A stretch of 53,361 nucleotides of DNA, the filler included, from Streblomastix strix (Eukaryota): assembly GCA_008636045.1 (NCBI GenBank). It is 3 parts of 3 records of this genome, joined end to end, with 100 filler letters (N's around TTAATTAATTAA, not from the genome) between each part and the next. Parts side by side here need not be neighbours in the genome. Positions count along the whole stretch, not along the records: positions 35,665 to 53,361 come from SNRW01000684.1; 2 more parts are not named here. One strand, written 5' to 3'. How positions within the stretch are numbered: the stretch's first letter is position 1; each line of letters begins with the position of its first letter. The translations under genes and the position numbers were made by a program. The notes under the pieces were generated by a model, which did no database searches, was not told the DNA's origin, and saw nothing but the letters and a program-made list of their open reading frames with translations. This document shows positions 38,765-51,427 of this stretch, in pieces.

Positions 38765-40151
38765 GTAAAATATTCCTACTATATCTAAGTTTATATATAT
38801 ATATATATATAATTATAATATATAAAAATAGTAATAATGGTTTATTTTATTATTTTTTTTTAGCTAATAGAAAGAAATGACATATTATATGCGATTCTGT
38901 TGTAGTGATTTTATAAATGATAGAAAAATTTAGAATTTTAGCAATAATGTTACATTAATAAATATTTCAATATTTTAAATATACATATAAAAATATATTA
39001 AAGTGAATCAACCTTAAATATAACATATGGTAATATGCAATAGCTCAAAATTACAAGTTTAACAGAAATAATTGAAATAACGTCAACGCGACGCATTTTT
39101 GTGTTTTTTTTTCCTTAATATTTAAAGTTACAGCTATCATATGTTATTTTTTTTATAAAAAAAAGCAATTTCCCTCTAATCTTTGGACCTGGTACTATAT
39201 GCATAAAGTAAGAAAAAAAAAAAAAAAAAATAAAACCAAAATTAAAAAAAAAAAAAAATATCGAGACGTGCATCATATAAAAATGAAAATTGAATGAAAA
39301 TGTAGATAAAATAAATGGTTAATCTACATACATTATCAATTATCAATTCCAACTATATTTATTTTTAAATTTTTGTTAGGTTAGTTCTATGTGTGCCGCA
39401 ATATGTTATTTTATAAATAATGATATTGACTTTGTGTTAAGTTACTATTCAAAATATTTTTAATTTATTTTAATTATTAATTGATTATATAAAATATTAA
39501 GTTCAATACAATAGGTTATTTGATGGCAAACGGGGCGCTGACTAGTAATTCAAATTTTCTCATAAATTAATATATATAGAATATATAAATAATTTATGTT
39601 TATAACTGTATAAATATAGGCGAATTGATTTCTAAATGCTATTATTATTTCATAATTGAAGGTAATAAAATATATATTTCCTTATAAGATGTTTCACGTG
39701 CTATCTTAAACAGTTAAAATCTAATTTGTGATAAAAATTGTTTCACATAAATGGACATAAAATTCTTTCTTATTTACCAAATATTATAATCCAAATTTAT
39801 CTATGATACACCAGGAAAGTAAGCTTACAGTTATTACATTATTCGACCAATTGCAATAAATTTTTAGATAAATTAAACATGTATATATATTTCTAAATAA
39901 TTCATATTTTATTTTATTTTTTTTATATATATTCAAAAAATAAAATATCATATTTAAATCGTAAAATCAAACAGTACAAAATTTTCAGATTGCTTATTAT
40001 GTCGAATGTAAATGAAACAAACTGAAGTATAATTGTCAGAAAGACTATTTGTTTAAACAGTACATATATATCTATAAAAAATAAAATATATAAAAGAATG
40101 TAAAAACGCAAATATATAAATTTAAAACTATAATATTAAATAAAAATATAA

Positions 40152-41060
40152 TCACAATAACAACATCGCCATTCTGATTAGAGACTATACGGTTTTCCAA
40201 GACAAAAGCGACTGCTGATCGGTGCTATATGACGAATTGGATTACTTCGACGTGTTTTCAACTTCACTAGAAGGTGATAATTCTACATTGCTACTACGCT
40301 CACATAGTTGTTATGTCGATATAAGAGGAAATATCTAAGGCATCTAATTATTATAACATATTTTCTGCTATATACTTGATGAGGAAGTGTCAAGTATATC
40401 ATTTTAACCATCGATAATATTCTAAGTAATTGGAGTAGTATTGTTAGATTCATCATCAAAATCGACTGCTTCGTGTTATTCTGTGGACGTTCTGTAATCT
40501 CTTATCTTAATATGATATTGATTCAGAATTCTAAAATCATTCTTGACGTGAGAACTCGAGAAGGCTGGTTTATGTAATTCAGTTTTAGGTATATTTTATT
40601 CGTTAGATTGTCTTTTGTCGGAAAATTGTTCATTTAATTGTAAATCTTGAAGTATATGAGGAATATTTTATATGTTCCCTTCGTATTCATCTGTAAAATC
40701 TCTATCTACGTATTTAGTACGATTTTATTCATAGTCCAACTTCAAGTCTACAGCTTAGATTATCACATCTATGAGTCTTCTCCAAGTTTAAGTTGTTATG
40801 CAGACTGAATATACTTCTGTAAAGTAATACAATACCTCCGATATGTTGAGTTCCTACAATATTAAAATTGAAGTTGCGGTTAGTTTAAATTTTAAATAAA
40901 AATTTAATACCTACAATTTCTCAACTGTTTACTTCACACCTGCGAAATTTCCCAAAAAAGAGTCAGTATCTATATCGTTTGTTACTTGTATGATGTCAAA
41001 AATATCAATTCGAGGGGTTGATACTACAGAACAACATTATAAATGCTTCATTTCTGTCAT
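40152..41060 (-). CDS. Hypothetical protein, two coding exons
   Basis: MTEMKHLQCCSVVSTPRIDIFD..., a phase-0 intron at about 40854-40910, then an open frame to ...LIRMAMLLL-TGA. An upstream exon is possible. Confidence 0.65.
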
Positions 41061-41422
41061 TCCTGCTGTAAACAGTATATATTTAATTATTACAATAAAC
41101 TTAATTATGATTATTATTTAATAAATTTTAATTACGTATTTTTTACTTCGCCTAAGTTAAACTACTGATTTATTATACTTTTTTTTTTCTCCCCCTTTAT
41201 GTTTGTATGTATCTCTTGTATTATATATCAAAATATTATTAAAATACAAGCAAAATAAAAATAATATTTAATACTATGGTTTATATAATAACTAAATAAA
41301 CAACAACAATAATAATAATAAAAATAAATAAATAAATAAACTAAAAAAAAATGGGATGTTATAAACCTACCGATTAAATTAAAGCATACTACCAACAACA
41401 AAACAAAACAACAAAAAAAAAA

Positions 41423-42409
41423 TCATTGAACTTCCCAAGCGATTCTACTAGAAGGATTTTAACAATCATATAAATTTAGACTAACTTCTTTAAATTCATT
41501 TATATACGTTTAGGTTACTTGAAAATCTATCAAATCCCCATCAAGTTTTAATTCATCCCCATATAATAGCATCCTACAAGTTTTTATTCCAAACAACCCA
41601 AGAACCATCAAGGTGTCTGCTTTGTCAAACAGACGGTTTCGAATTGAGTTTGATATGTTTTCTGTTGGATTTTATTTCTATGTAACATTTACATGATTTT
41701 AATTCGTACTATTTTGTTTACATCTTTTGATTATATTGATTCTAGCTTCCCTGATTAATTCATTCTTAGTTTCTATTATACTACCCCGTTCGAAAATTAG
41801 ACTATTCAAGCAAAATCTACTTTGATCTGATTCTGCTCTTCTTTGTATTTTTTCTCCTATCGTATAAGGTATCTTTATGTTCGGATCTTTCGGCTTAAAT
41901 ATTTCCACTGGTATTGGTAGAACCATTTATACAAGGCAAATATCACAGAAAGCCTCATTTAGAAGTCTTGCTTTATTGCCAAATATGTTTTATATGGACT
42001 AAGTCGATAGGAAGGTTAAAAAGGCAATGTTGTTTGAAATTTCATCGTCATTAAGCGAGTCTCCTGCAACAAACTATTGCATCCTTTATTTTGATAGACC
42101 AAGTGCTAATAGAATATCATCTAAAATGACAACTTATGACAATTCTCGAATAATGTTTATTGTATCATGTATAACTCGCACGTCCAGTAAAATCGGGTTT
42201 ATACCAGCCACATCGGGTCGAAGAGCAGATGATATATACTAAATTTAGTACATGAATTTAATTTTTTTCAGTTTTGCCCATTGTAATTCGTTAATATGTC
42301 CCTCTTTCAACTTTACCTGTTATTGATCAATTTTACTTTAAACCCATACAATGTTGTGAATTAGTAGTTACTCAACCCAGCAATGTTAGGAAATTTATGA
42401 ATTCAATTG
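41423..42409 (-). CDS. Hypothetical protein, last exon (upstream exons not resolved)
   Basis: Open frame from an AG acceptor (QLNSQISQHCWVEQLLIHNIVWVQ...) through track ORF 41699-41926 to ...SRIAWEVQ-TGA. Confidence 0.65.
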
Positions 42410-42540
42410 CTAATTATTATAAAAGAAAAGAAAAGAATTTATTTAAATAATATTTTTTTCATTTAAATATCTAATAAATTTAGAAGTACTATTGGATATG
42501 TCTCACTTAAGAATTATTTTTTTTATTTATGAATTATTTC

Positions 42541-43025
42541 CCAAAATACAATTAATATTTCAATTTCAAGCAAAACCATTTCATTAAATGTTCTTATCTA
42601 TGAAATGGAATATAATTAATTTTTAACAAAAAAAAGTTGGCCTAGGGTCCAAAAGAGTTTTTTGATTTTTTGAAATCTATTTTTCTCACCGTATAATATA
42701 TATTAAGTAAAATGATGTTTATATTTATGACTATTGTTATGATATATTTACATTGATATACAATATAAAAACATAGAAATATGACATGAATTCGAATTAA
42801 TATTTCCTAATTTCCAGCTCATACATATATCACATTACTTGTATACTGCGAATATAACTGTTATATTTATTGACAAGCTATATGTAACTAATATTATATT
42901 ACAATTATGTAGTTTCGAACTGTATTGATTTTTATATTTTTTACTTTTGATAAACAACGATTTTATGACTAATAAATCAAATTTAAACATTTATATTTAA
43001 TAATTTATATTTCATTATAGGATAT
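42541..43025. repeat. Copy 1 of a dispersed direct repeat of about 480 bp, upstream of a paralogous gene unit
   Basis: ccaaaatacaattaat...aaaaccatttcattaaatg...agttggcctaggg...gaattaatatttcctaatttccagc...ataggatatt, colinear with 44717-45202. Confidence 0.85.
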
Positions 43026-46000
43026 TTTGAGAGTATTAGAAGCGAAATGAGTTATGAACCTCCATCTTATCTTGACCAAGCTTCTGAATGAGAAAGTGTT
43101 TTTATTCAATTATTATCAACAATGATGCACATCTCAGCAGCAAAGAATGTTTATTTTATTTTTTAAAACATTTTATTTATATATTTTTAAATAGAAGATG
43201 ATGAAAGCAGCAATGATAGTGGTAATCTCAGCACATTTTAGTGCGGCTACAGCTTTGATAATGCATGTAGAACAATTAAGTACACATTATCAAATTAATT
43301 TTTCATTTATATTTTATAATCATAATTACTTTGTCACACATAGAACTTGATTATTACATGTGGTGGAGCAGTTAGAATCTACGTTTTGTTCAACTGCATA
43401 ATTACTACAACAGCTTTAATCAACTGAATTTCAACATTCTTTGCTGAATATATCTCTATTATATCACAACTGTATAAGAGAAAGCTATTATTGTGAAATC
43501 AGGTATATTCTATTATATTGCTAGTTAATTAATATTTGAATATTTAAATTGTTTCAGAATATGCTTTTGATCTAGATATTGTAGCAAAAGCGAGTGATTT
43601 TGCAGGTTTATATAATTATAAATATTTTATTTGTTTATTTAACTATTTTTAACTATCCAATTATTTTTATTTATGTATTTTATTATATAATTAGGGAATA
43701 CATGAGCTAATACAGTCAACACACATAATAAATCATATGTTAAGACATATTTATATGAATCTTTGAAATGAAATGGGAATGTATGATATTAAATATCAAT
43801 AAAAATTATTTAATAAACCAGATAAAATTTAATAATTATTTCTATTAATTATATTTCAAATATTTATTTGATATTTTTATTATTAATATAATTATTATAT
43901 TTACTATATTATATTATAAGTTGATCATAAATACAATCCTTCAGCTGGAGTTATCTATACTACACAAAAAGTACTATATGGACATACTAATTTCAAAGTA
44001 TGATATTTATATGAAATAAAATTACTCTATCTTTATATTTTATTTAATATAAATGTTAATAAATCAAATATTCATTTATTTATCATCATTTATTTCTAAT
44101 TCATATTATTTATCATCACTTCTTTCTAAATCATATTATTTATATTAATAGAATCTGTTATCCTCTATCTTGAAAGTGATACTGGTCGTTTAAGTTCTTG
44201 GTATGGCTTTTGACTACCTATGATATATGAGGTTTGCTATATTTATAATATTTTTCTTTATTATTTGTTCTTCTTATTTAATAGATGAAATTAGTATGAA
44301 TCAATTGTCAATCTTTGCGATAATACTGATACGGACTTCTTAGTTCATCTATCAGTCAACTTATGTTTAGGAAAGGCGATACTATAGGAAATGATTCATT
44401 AAAGGTATAAATTTCATTATGATTTTAAAATTTATGTAACTTTTTAGAATGAATACATATAAAATTTGTCAATAGATAATTGAAATTTATTATTTTATTA
44501 TCATTATATATTTATTTTTATTTTTCAATTAGGTTTCATATACTCCAACAACTACAACTATAAATTAAATAAGTCCAAATTCACAAAGATGATGAATAAA
44601 AAGGTACTTAAACCTATTAAATGATTAGATTAATATTGAATTATAGTAAGATTTAAGTAATTTTACAGCATTTATTATATAATTTTTATATAATATTTTT
44701 ATTTTTGAAATAATTACCAAAATACAATTAATTTTACAATTTTAATAAAAACCATTTCATTAAATGTATATATCTATCAAATAGAATACAGTTGATTTTT
44801 AATGAAAAATAGTTGGCCTAGGGGCAATCAGAGATTTTTATTTTTTTTAAAATCTATTTTTATCGCCATAAAATAAACCTTTATTAAAATAAAGTTTGAA
44901 TTTATGACAATTGTTATCATAACTTTACTATGACATATATTATGAAACATTGAAACGTGACATGAATATGAATTAATATTTCCTAATTTCCAGCGCAAGA
45001 ATATATCGAATCAATTATCTAATATAAAAATAATTATTATATTTATTGGCAAGCAATAAGTAACTAATATTTTATTACAATTATGCAGTTTAGAACTATT
45101 ATGACTTTTTTATTTTTTATTTTTAATAAAATGACATTTTATGATGATTCAATACTATAAAAACATTATTATTTATTATTTTTAATTATAATATAGGATA
45201 TTGTGACAACACAAGGCAATAGAATGAGCAACTAACTTACATTCTCTAAGATTGAAGAAAAATTTATAACAATCTAACATTTATGCATCACAGGTTGATT
45301 CAAACTAAAATTGTATGTTAAACTTTCATATTATACTGTTATATATTATTTTTTCTATTTTATCTTTCGATATTTATGCTTCATATTCAATATTATTTTT
45401 CACACAGAATTTGATTATTACAATTTATGCAGCAGCATTCAATATTTGTTCAATTGCATATTTACTCCTGAAGATGATATTATTATCAATGTTCCATTCA
45501 ATGCTGAACACATCTCGGATATTCTTTCAAAATGATAGTGTCACATTTAATCAATATAGTATTGATTTTAGTTATAAAGCTGATTCATCAATACCTGATG
45601 GTATAAATAATAAAATTATTAAATATTTATATTTAAATAATCTTTATTCTTATTTTATATTATATTATTAAGGACAATCAAATAATATAATCTATATCTT
45701 ACATATTAATCTTTTTTGATATAGGGTATATGAATTTTATAACTACTTAAATTCTAATTTTATATTTTCATCCATTCTTTTATTTTTTATTTAAATTTTT
45801 AATATGTATATTAAAAAGTTAACGACTTCTGTATTCATTGTGCTATAATTGTTACAAAACAACAGTCTCAGTATCAATAGAACAGTAATGAAGATTAATT
45901 ATGATGAAAAATGATTAAATAAAAAGATAATACAACATGAAATCAATGTCTAATAATCCATGCATTTGCATTATTGGTATTCTACATATATTACATGATT

Positions 46001-48400
46001 AAACATTAAAAAATCCAATTTAAATTATCAAAATTTATTTATTAAATTTATCAATTTATTATATTTCATTATTTATTAATTATTAATATTCATTTTCTAT
46101 TAATTCACATAAAATTAATCTGTATCCACAATTGGCAATCTTTTCATGAAGACTGAAACAGACATCAAATTTCATTTGGCTAACAACTTGTATATATTAA
46201 AGAAAGGGTATGATCATTATATATTTATATCTATTTTATATTTATCATTTAGTTTCCATACACTCAGGTTAATTCATTTAATGCAGATGCAACCAGTACT
46301 TGATTAACTACATAATTACTTCTAATGATTGCATTATTTTCGTTTCTCTACACTTTGCTGAATATTTTGCTTATATCAGAACAGCACAATGGAAATCTGT
46401 AATTATTAAATCAAGTATATAATAATATATTATTATTTGAATTCAAATTATATAATTATTATTTCTTTCCAAATATGATTTTGATCTGGATATCATTTAA
46501 ATAGAAAGTGTTATAACAGGTTCATATAATTATTAATATTAATTTTATATGTTTATTTATCTATCTATTTTTATTTATTTATATTAATGTTTGAATTTTA
46601 TTTTAATTAGATAAAACAAATGCTGTTATAATAAATTCACCCAATAATTCATCTGTTTAAGCAGGTTCATCTGAATCACTCAATGAGATATCTTGGATAT
46701 TGTACTATCATTAATACATAATTTGTAGATGAGAAGTATGAAATATATTTCAAATTTAAGTTACACTAAATAAATTTGATTTATATAATTTTAAATAAAC
46801 ATAAAATATTTTTTAACCATATTCTTTTATGACTTTATTTATTCATGTCAGAATCTTTCGAATGCTGAGAAAAAAATTGGATTTCAGATAATATCATATT
46901 CTAATCTTAAATATGAACTTTTTGATGTAATATCAGTATATGGTTATGATTTTTAGATTAGTTAATTTATTTTGAATATGTATATATATATATGATAAAT
47001 AAATGAAATTTATTAATTTAATATCTTTATTTTTATATCTAAATATTTTTTTTATTCATATTTTTGTATATTAATCATTAAATATATTTTCAATTATTAT
47101 AATTTGTATATATATAGACAGCTTCTAGCACCTGAACTATTGTTCCTAAATCAGTCTTTAATCAATATTTGTGCTACAAACTGGAAGATAAGCTTTGAAG
47201 CAACAATAAATGGTAGATGAGAAGTGTTCATTAATTCAGATTGTGTAAGATTCTAGTATATACTCTCTTCCGCATTATATCTGTGTGTTTTTTATATGTT
47301 ATATTTAATTATGCAATAATTAATATTTATAATTTGATTAATTTATATATATATTCTTCATATAGGTGAATGTGATTAAAATAATACAGATCATTATTCT
47401 CATTTAGCTAGTTGTTATTCTGGAAAGGATTGACTTGATTAAATTATTTAAACATATTTAACTGCAACACTTTAATGAATAGGTTTGGAATAAAATACTA
47501 TTGAAAAAATAATGAATATAAATATTGTTGATGATATAATTATTATTAATCCTTTTTAAATAAAATTAGTTTACGTAATATGCTTCTCTACATTATTTTG
47601 ATGACATAAAATGTTCGTATGTTGAAATAAAAGAAGATTCTTAATCTAATTTTGAAGAAACGCGTGAGAAACAAAATTGTTTGATGGTATGATAAATAAT
47701 TTTAGTATTTAAATAATATTTGAAATTTATTTTAAATATTTATTATATATTTTATATTTAAACATTTATTCATTTACTTATTTAATTATATATTTTAATC
47801 TAGAAATTCATAATTCAATAACTGAATCAACTGATAACACATATTAAGATAAAGCATTAGAAACAATAATTGAAAAGATCAACTTGTTTGTTTATTTAAC
47901 AGTTTTATTTATTTATATATTTAATTAAATAAATTTATAATTATAATTCCTTGCTATTTTAAACAGATAAATCCTTACCTTATCACTTTAGCTGAAATAT
48001 AAACTTTTGATTATCGAACAATATTTACAGAAAGTTATCTCACTTTAAATAGTTTGTTATATTCATAAATATTATATTTTTATTCATTATTTTTATCTTT
48101 GTTTTATATAAATTTTCTTTCAGTAGGAAAAGTTGTGATCAAATCATAATATTAATCTCCTTAATTAACACCAAGAGCTAATCTGAATACAAATGGAAGA
48201 AAAATGATATAAAATCTTTACTATCCACAATTGTCTACTACAACTACTGACACAAGAACAATTGTAATTGACTAATAATCATCTATATATATAATGACAT
48301 AATGATCAATAAAATCGAAATATGAAGGATTAAACTACTAGCATTTATTAGATTATGATCTGTTATCGTTGAAAAGAGAAGAACAAACATTTCAAATATA
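43021..48400 (+). pseudogene. Cluster of degenerate, intron-rich paralogous gene fragments, possibly a surface/beta-helix-type family
   Basis: Many small GT-AG-bounded exons. One has a QCGYSFDNACRTIK motif. Related exons at about 43344, 45408 and 46268 (NLIIT...LFNCI...FAEY...IIVKS) need frameshifts to align with each other, and TGA codons are frequent in the likely frames. Confidence 0.55.
44717..45202. repeat. Copy 2 of the dispersed direct repeat of about 480 bp
   Basis: Same ordered blocks as 42541-43025. Confidence 0.85.
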
Positions 48401-48502
48401 ATTGAATTTTATTTTTAGCAAATTTTTTAATTAATAATAAAATAGTAATATTTTTTTTATTTGTTTGAAATGAATCATAAACACAACAATTGTTTAAAAT
48501 AC

Positions 48503-51015
48503 CGAAAATATTAACAAATTTGAATATTTTTACTGATGCATCAGCTGAATCCGCTTTGATACCACCAACTTATGTCTCTTCGAATTAACCTCCATCAATT
48601 GTAAATGTGCCAGCTGTTATATACATCAGACTATGAGCTGAAGAGGAATAATAATATGGATAATCTGGGCACACATCGACGTATGGATCTTGTAGATCTC
48701 TTTTCTCTTACAAAAGAGGTTGATCTTAATACAAGCTTGTTCAACCTTGAAATGCGTAATATTGATTTGTTCATGTAGTTTGGTTAATGTAGATAATATT
48801 GCAACAGAACAAAGGTGTTAGAAACTCAAAGTTAATTAATATTATTACTATTATTGCATCTGTAATTCAATATCTAACTACATTGCGGCATCCTGCTACA
48901 TAAATATCTGATATTTCAAATTATGCTGGACTTATTCCCCAATCATTTCATATATTAAAGTTCAACTGACATATGCTTCCACATTTGTAATCATCATCAT
49001 GTATAGGTACATTATTTGCATAGAATTCATTAACATACGAGAATAAACTATAAATTTATGAATAATAGATCATTAATTGCATAGTATTATAAATGACCTC
49101 AGAAACAACACGCATTCCAGGAAACAACGGTGTGTATCCAGTAAATAAAGTATCCGTAAGCTTCAAAACAAGTTATAATGCAGAATCAGTTCCATTCCAA
49201 CCAATATATATCAAGTTTCTACCCAATACATTACATCTTCTGAAATCGCTGTTTATTATCTATATATAATAACACCTTTACTCAGAATATGAATTATACA
49301 TCCTTTAGTTTCAGTTTCAGTATCTGCAACGTTCACTGATGATGTACGTTTTGAGAATGTAGAGTCTTGCATGATGAAGCTCTGAGAATCAACATAGCTT
49401 TGGATATTGATGTTTTCATTAAAAATTGTATTATTTGATAAAGATGAATCTTGATTTGATATANNNNNNNNNNGATACTTTATTTACTGGATACACACCG
49501 TTGTTTCCTGGAATGCGTGTTGTTTCTGAGGTCATTTATAATACTATGCAATTAATGATCTATTATTTAAGTAGATATCCTTTTCTCAATCCAATATATT
49601 CCATCTCATGTGATGTTTTCATTAAAAATTGTATTATTTGATAAAGATGAATCTTGATTTGATATAATTCTACTTTCATTTGTTGATCTTTTATTTAAGT
49701 AGATATCCTTTTCTCAATCCAATATATTCCATCTCATGTGATTCTTAAATAATTGTCTTTCTGAATTTATCATTTTCGAACAATTGTTTCAGTATTCAAG
49801 AATATATTCTAAATAGCTCCATTTTCCAGATAAACAATTCAAACAGATTAGAATATTTATAGGCTCCAGTGTTGATGTTGGGGGTTCAATCCCAAGATGC
49901 CCACATACTTGATCTTATGAAAGAATTAGAGCTGAATTTGATCCTAAAACATTTACAAATTCAATTAAGTAAGTCTTATTAGTTAATAATAAACATAGAT
50001 TCTTAATTTATATATATTTAATCATCCTATTCATATATCAGAAAATTATCAGTGTTTGGTAACGGAATGATGTTTGCACTTGAATCTGAATGTCCAATAA
50101 TATTCAATATACTTCCTGGTATTGTTATATATAGAGATTTGAATACACCTTCGCAGAACTGAATCGTTTTTGCTTAGTCACCAAGTATCTTTGATGCAGC
50201 CTATCTGAATGATGGGCATCGATTAGAAGGATTGTTACATGCTATATTTTCATTGTATTAATGAGAAGCATCTTCATTAGCAATGAACCCTACAATATCA
50301 GTGCTGGATTGACTCTACCATGAGCTATGAAGCAATTCTCGCTCATCAATAGACACTTCTGTCACATTATTTCCAATTGAATATTATAAAAGGTTCTTCT
50401 GTTCAATTCTCGTTGATGCAATTGTTTGATATCCCAAGAAAGTATCAAATGAAATGAGTTGTTTAGTATTTACGCACTTAATGAAGATATTTGAAGTACT
50501 ATTTGATGTCTTATTCGAAGCAAATGCACCTCATAAATAAAATAAACTCGTTATCTAATTCAAGTCTAGAATTAATTCCTCCATTAGAAAATATTGCGCT
50601 TTTACAATCTTCCATATTAATGTTTGATATTAGGCATTTCTCTAATCTCAGCAATTTTGCATCATCTTTCTTTAAAATCAATCCACACATTTTGGTTTTC
50701 TCATTAGTTTTTGAATTTCTTTCAATGTCATTTTATATCAAATCTATTCAATCTACATTAATATCCATCGGAACAAGTTAACCAAGGGTCACTTCAAATG
50801 CTGCTCCATTGGATATTCCATTTTCTAATTTGTTTCCACCAACTCGAAGTCCACTTATTGCACTCCATCCAAATCCATTGTGTTGAATATGAGATGCAGA
50901 TGTTCCTCATAATTCAGCTTTCATGTTAGATATATCCAATAGTGAGACTTTGAGGAATAACGGAGGGTACGATGAATTTTCTGGATAATCGAATTCAGAC
51001 TATCACGTCACCTTT
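48503..51015 (-). pseudogene. Large exon of a probable surface-type protein, with several in-frame TGA codons, at least one frameshift and a local misassembly
   Basis: Protein-like frames include HNGFGWSAISGLRVGGN, ACNNPSNRCPSFRQA and SLMYITAGTFTIDGGQF. The frame changes near 50540. TGA codons are at 51003, 50907, 50748, 48948, 48867, 48771 and 48741. Confidence 0.6.
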
Positions 51016-51427
51016 CTAGAAAATGTATAAAAACATTTAATAATATAAAGATATATATATATATATTAAATTAGTTAATATTATCAAATTGTATTTAAAT
51101 TAAAATAGTACAAATTGATTGTAAATTTTACATTTTAAATGAAATTTTATGATATTAATTTACTTATTATAAACATTGACTCCAAAATAATATAATTATT
51201 AATATAATATAATTTAGATAAAAATACATATAATTTCATAGAATAATATAAATAAGAAAGTTAGATATAAAAATTTAATATTTTTTAATATTTTAATGTT
51301 ATTTAATCGTAAATTAATAATATATTTTATGTTTAAATAATATAATATATTATATATTTTATTTTTCATTTCATTTTCTTTATTAAATTTTGTTAATCAT
51401 TAGTGTTGTTGGTAAATTTATTTATTG

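Noticed and set aside
39375..39860. Possible small plus-strand exons
   Set aside because: I could not assemble a consistent reading frame.
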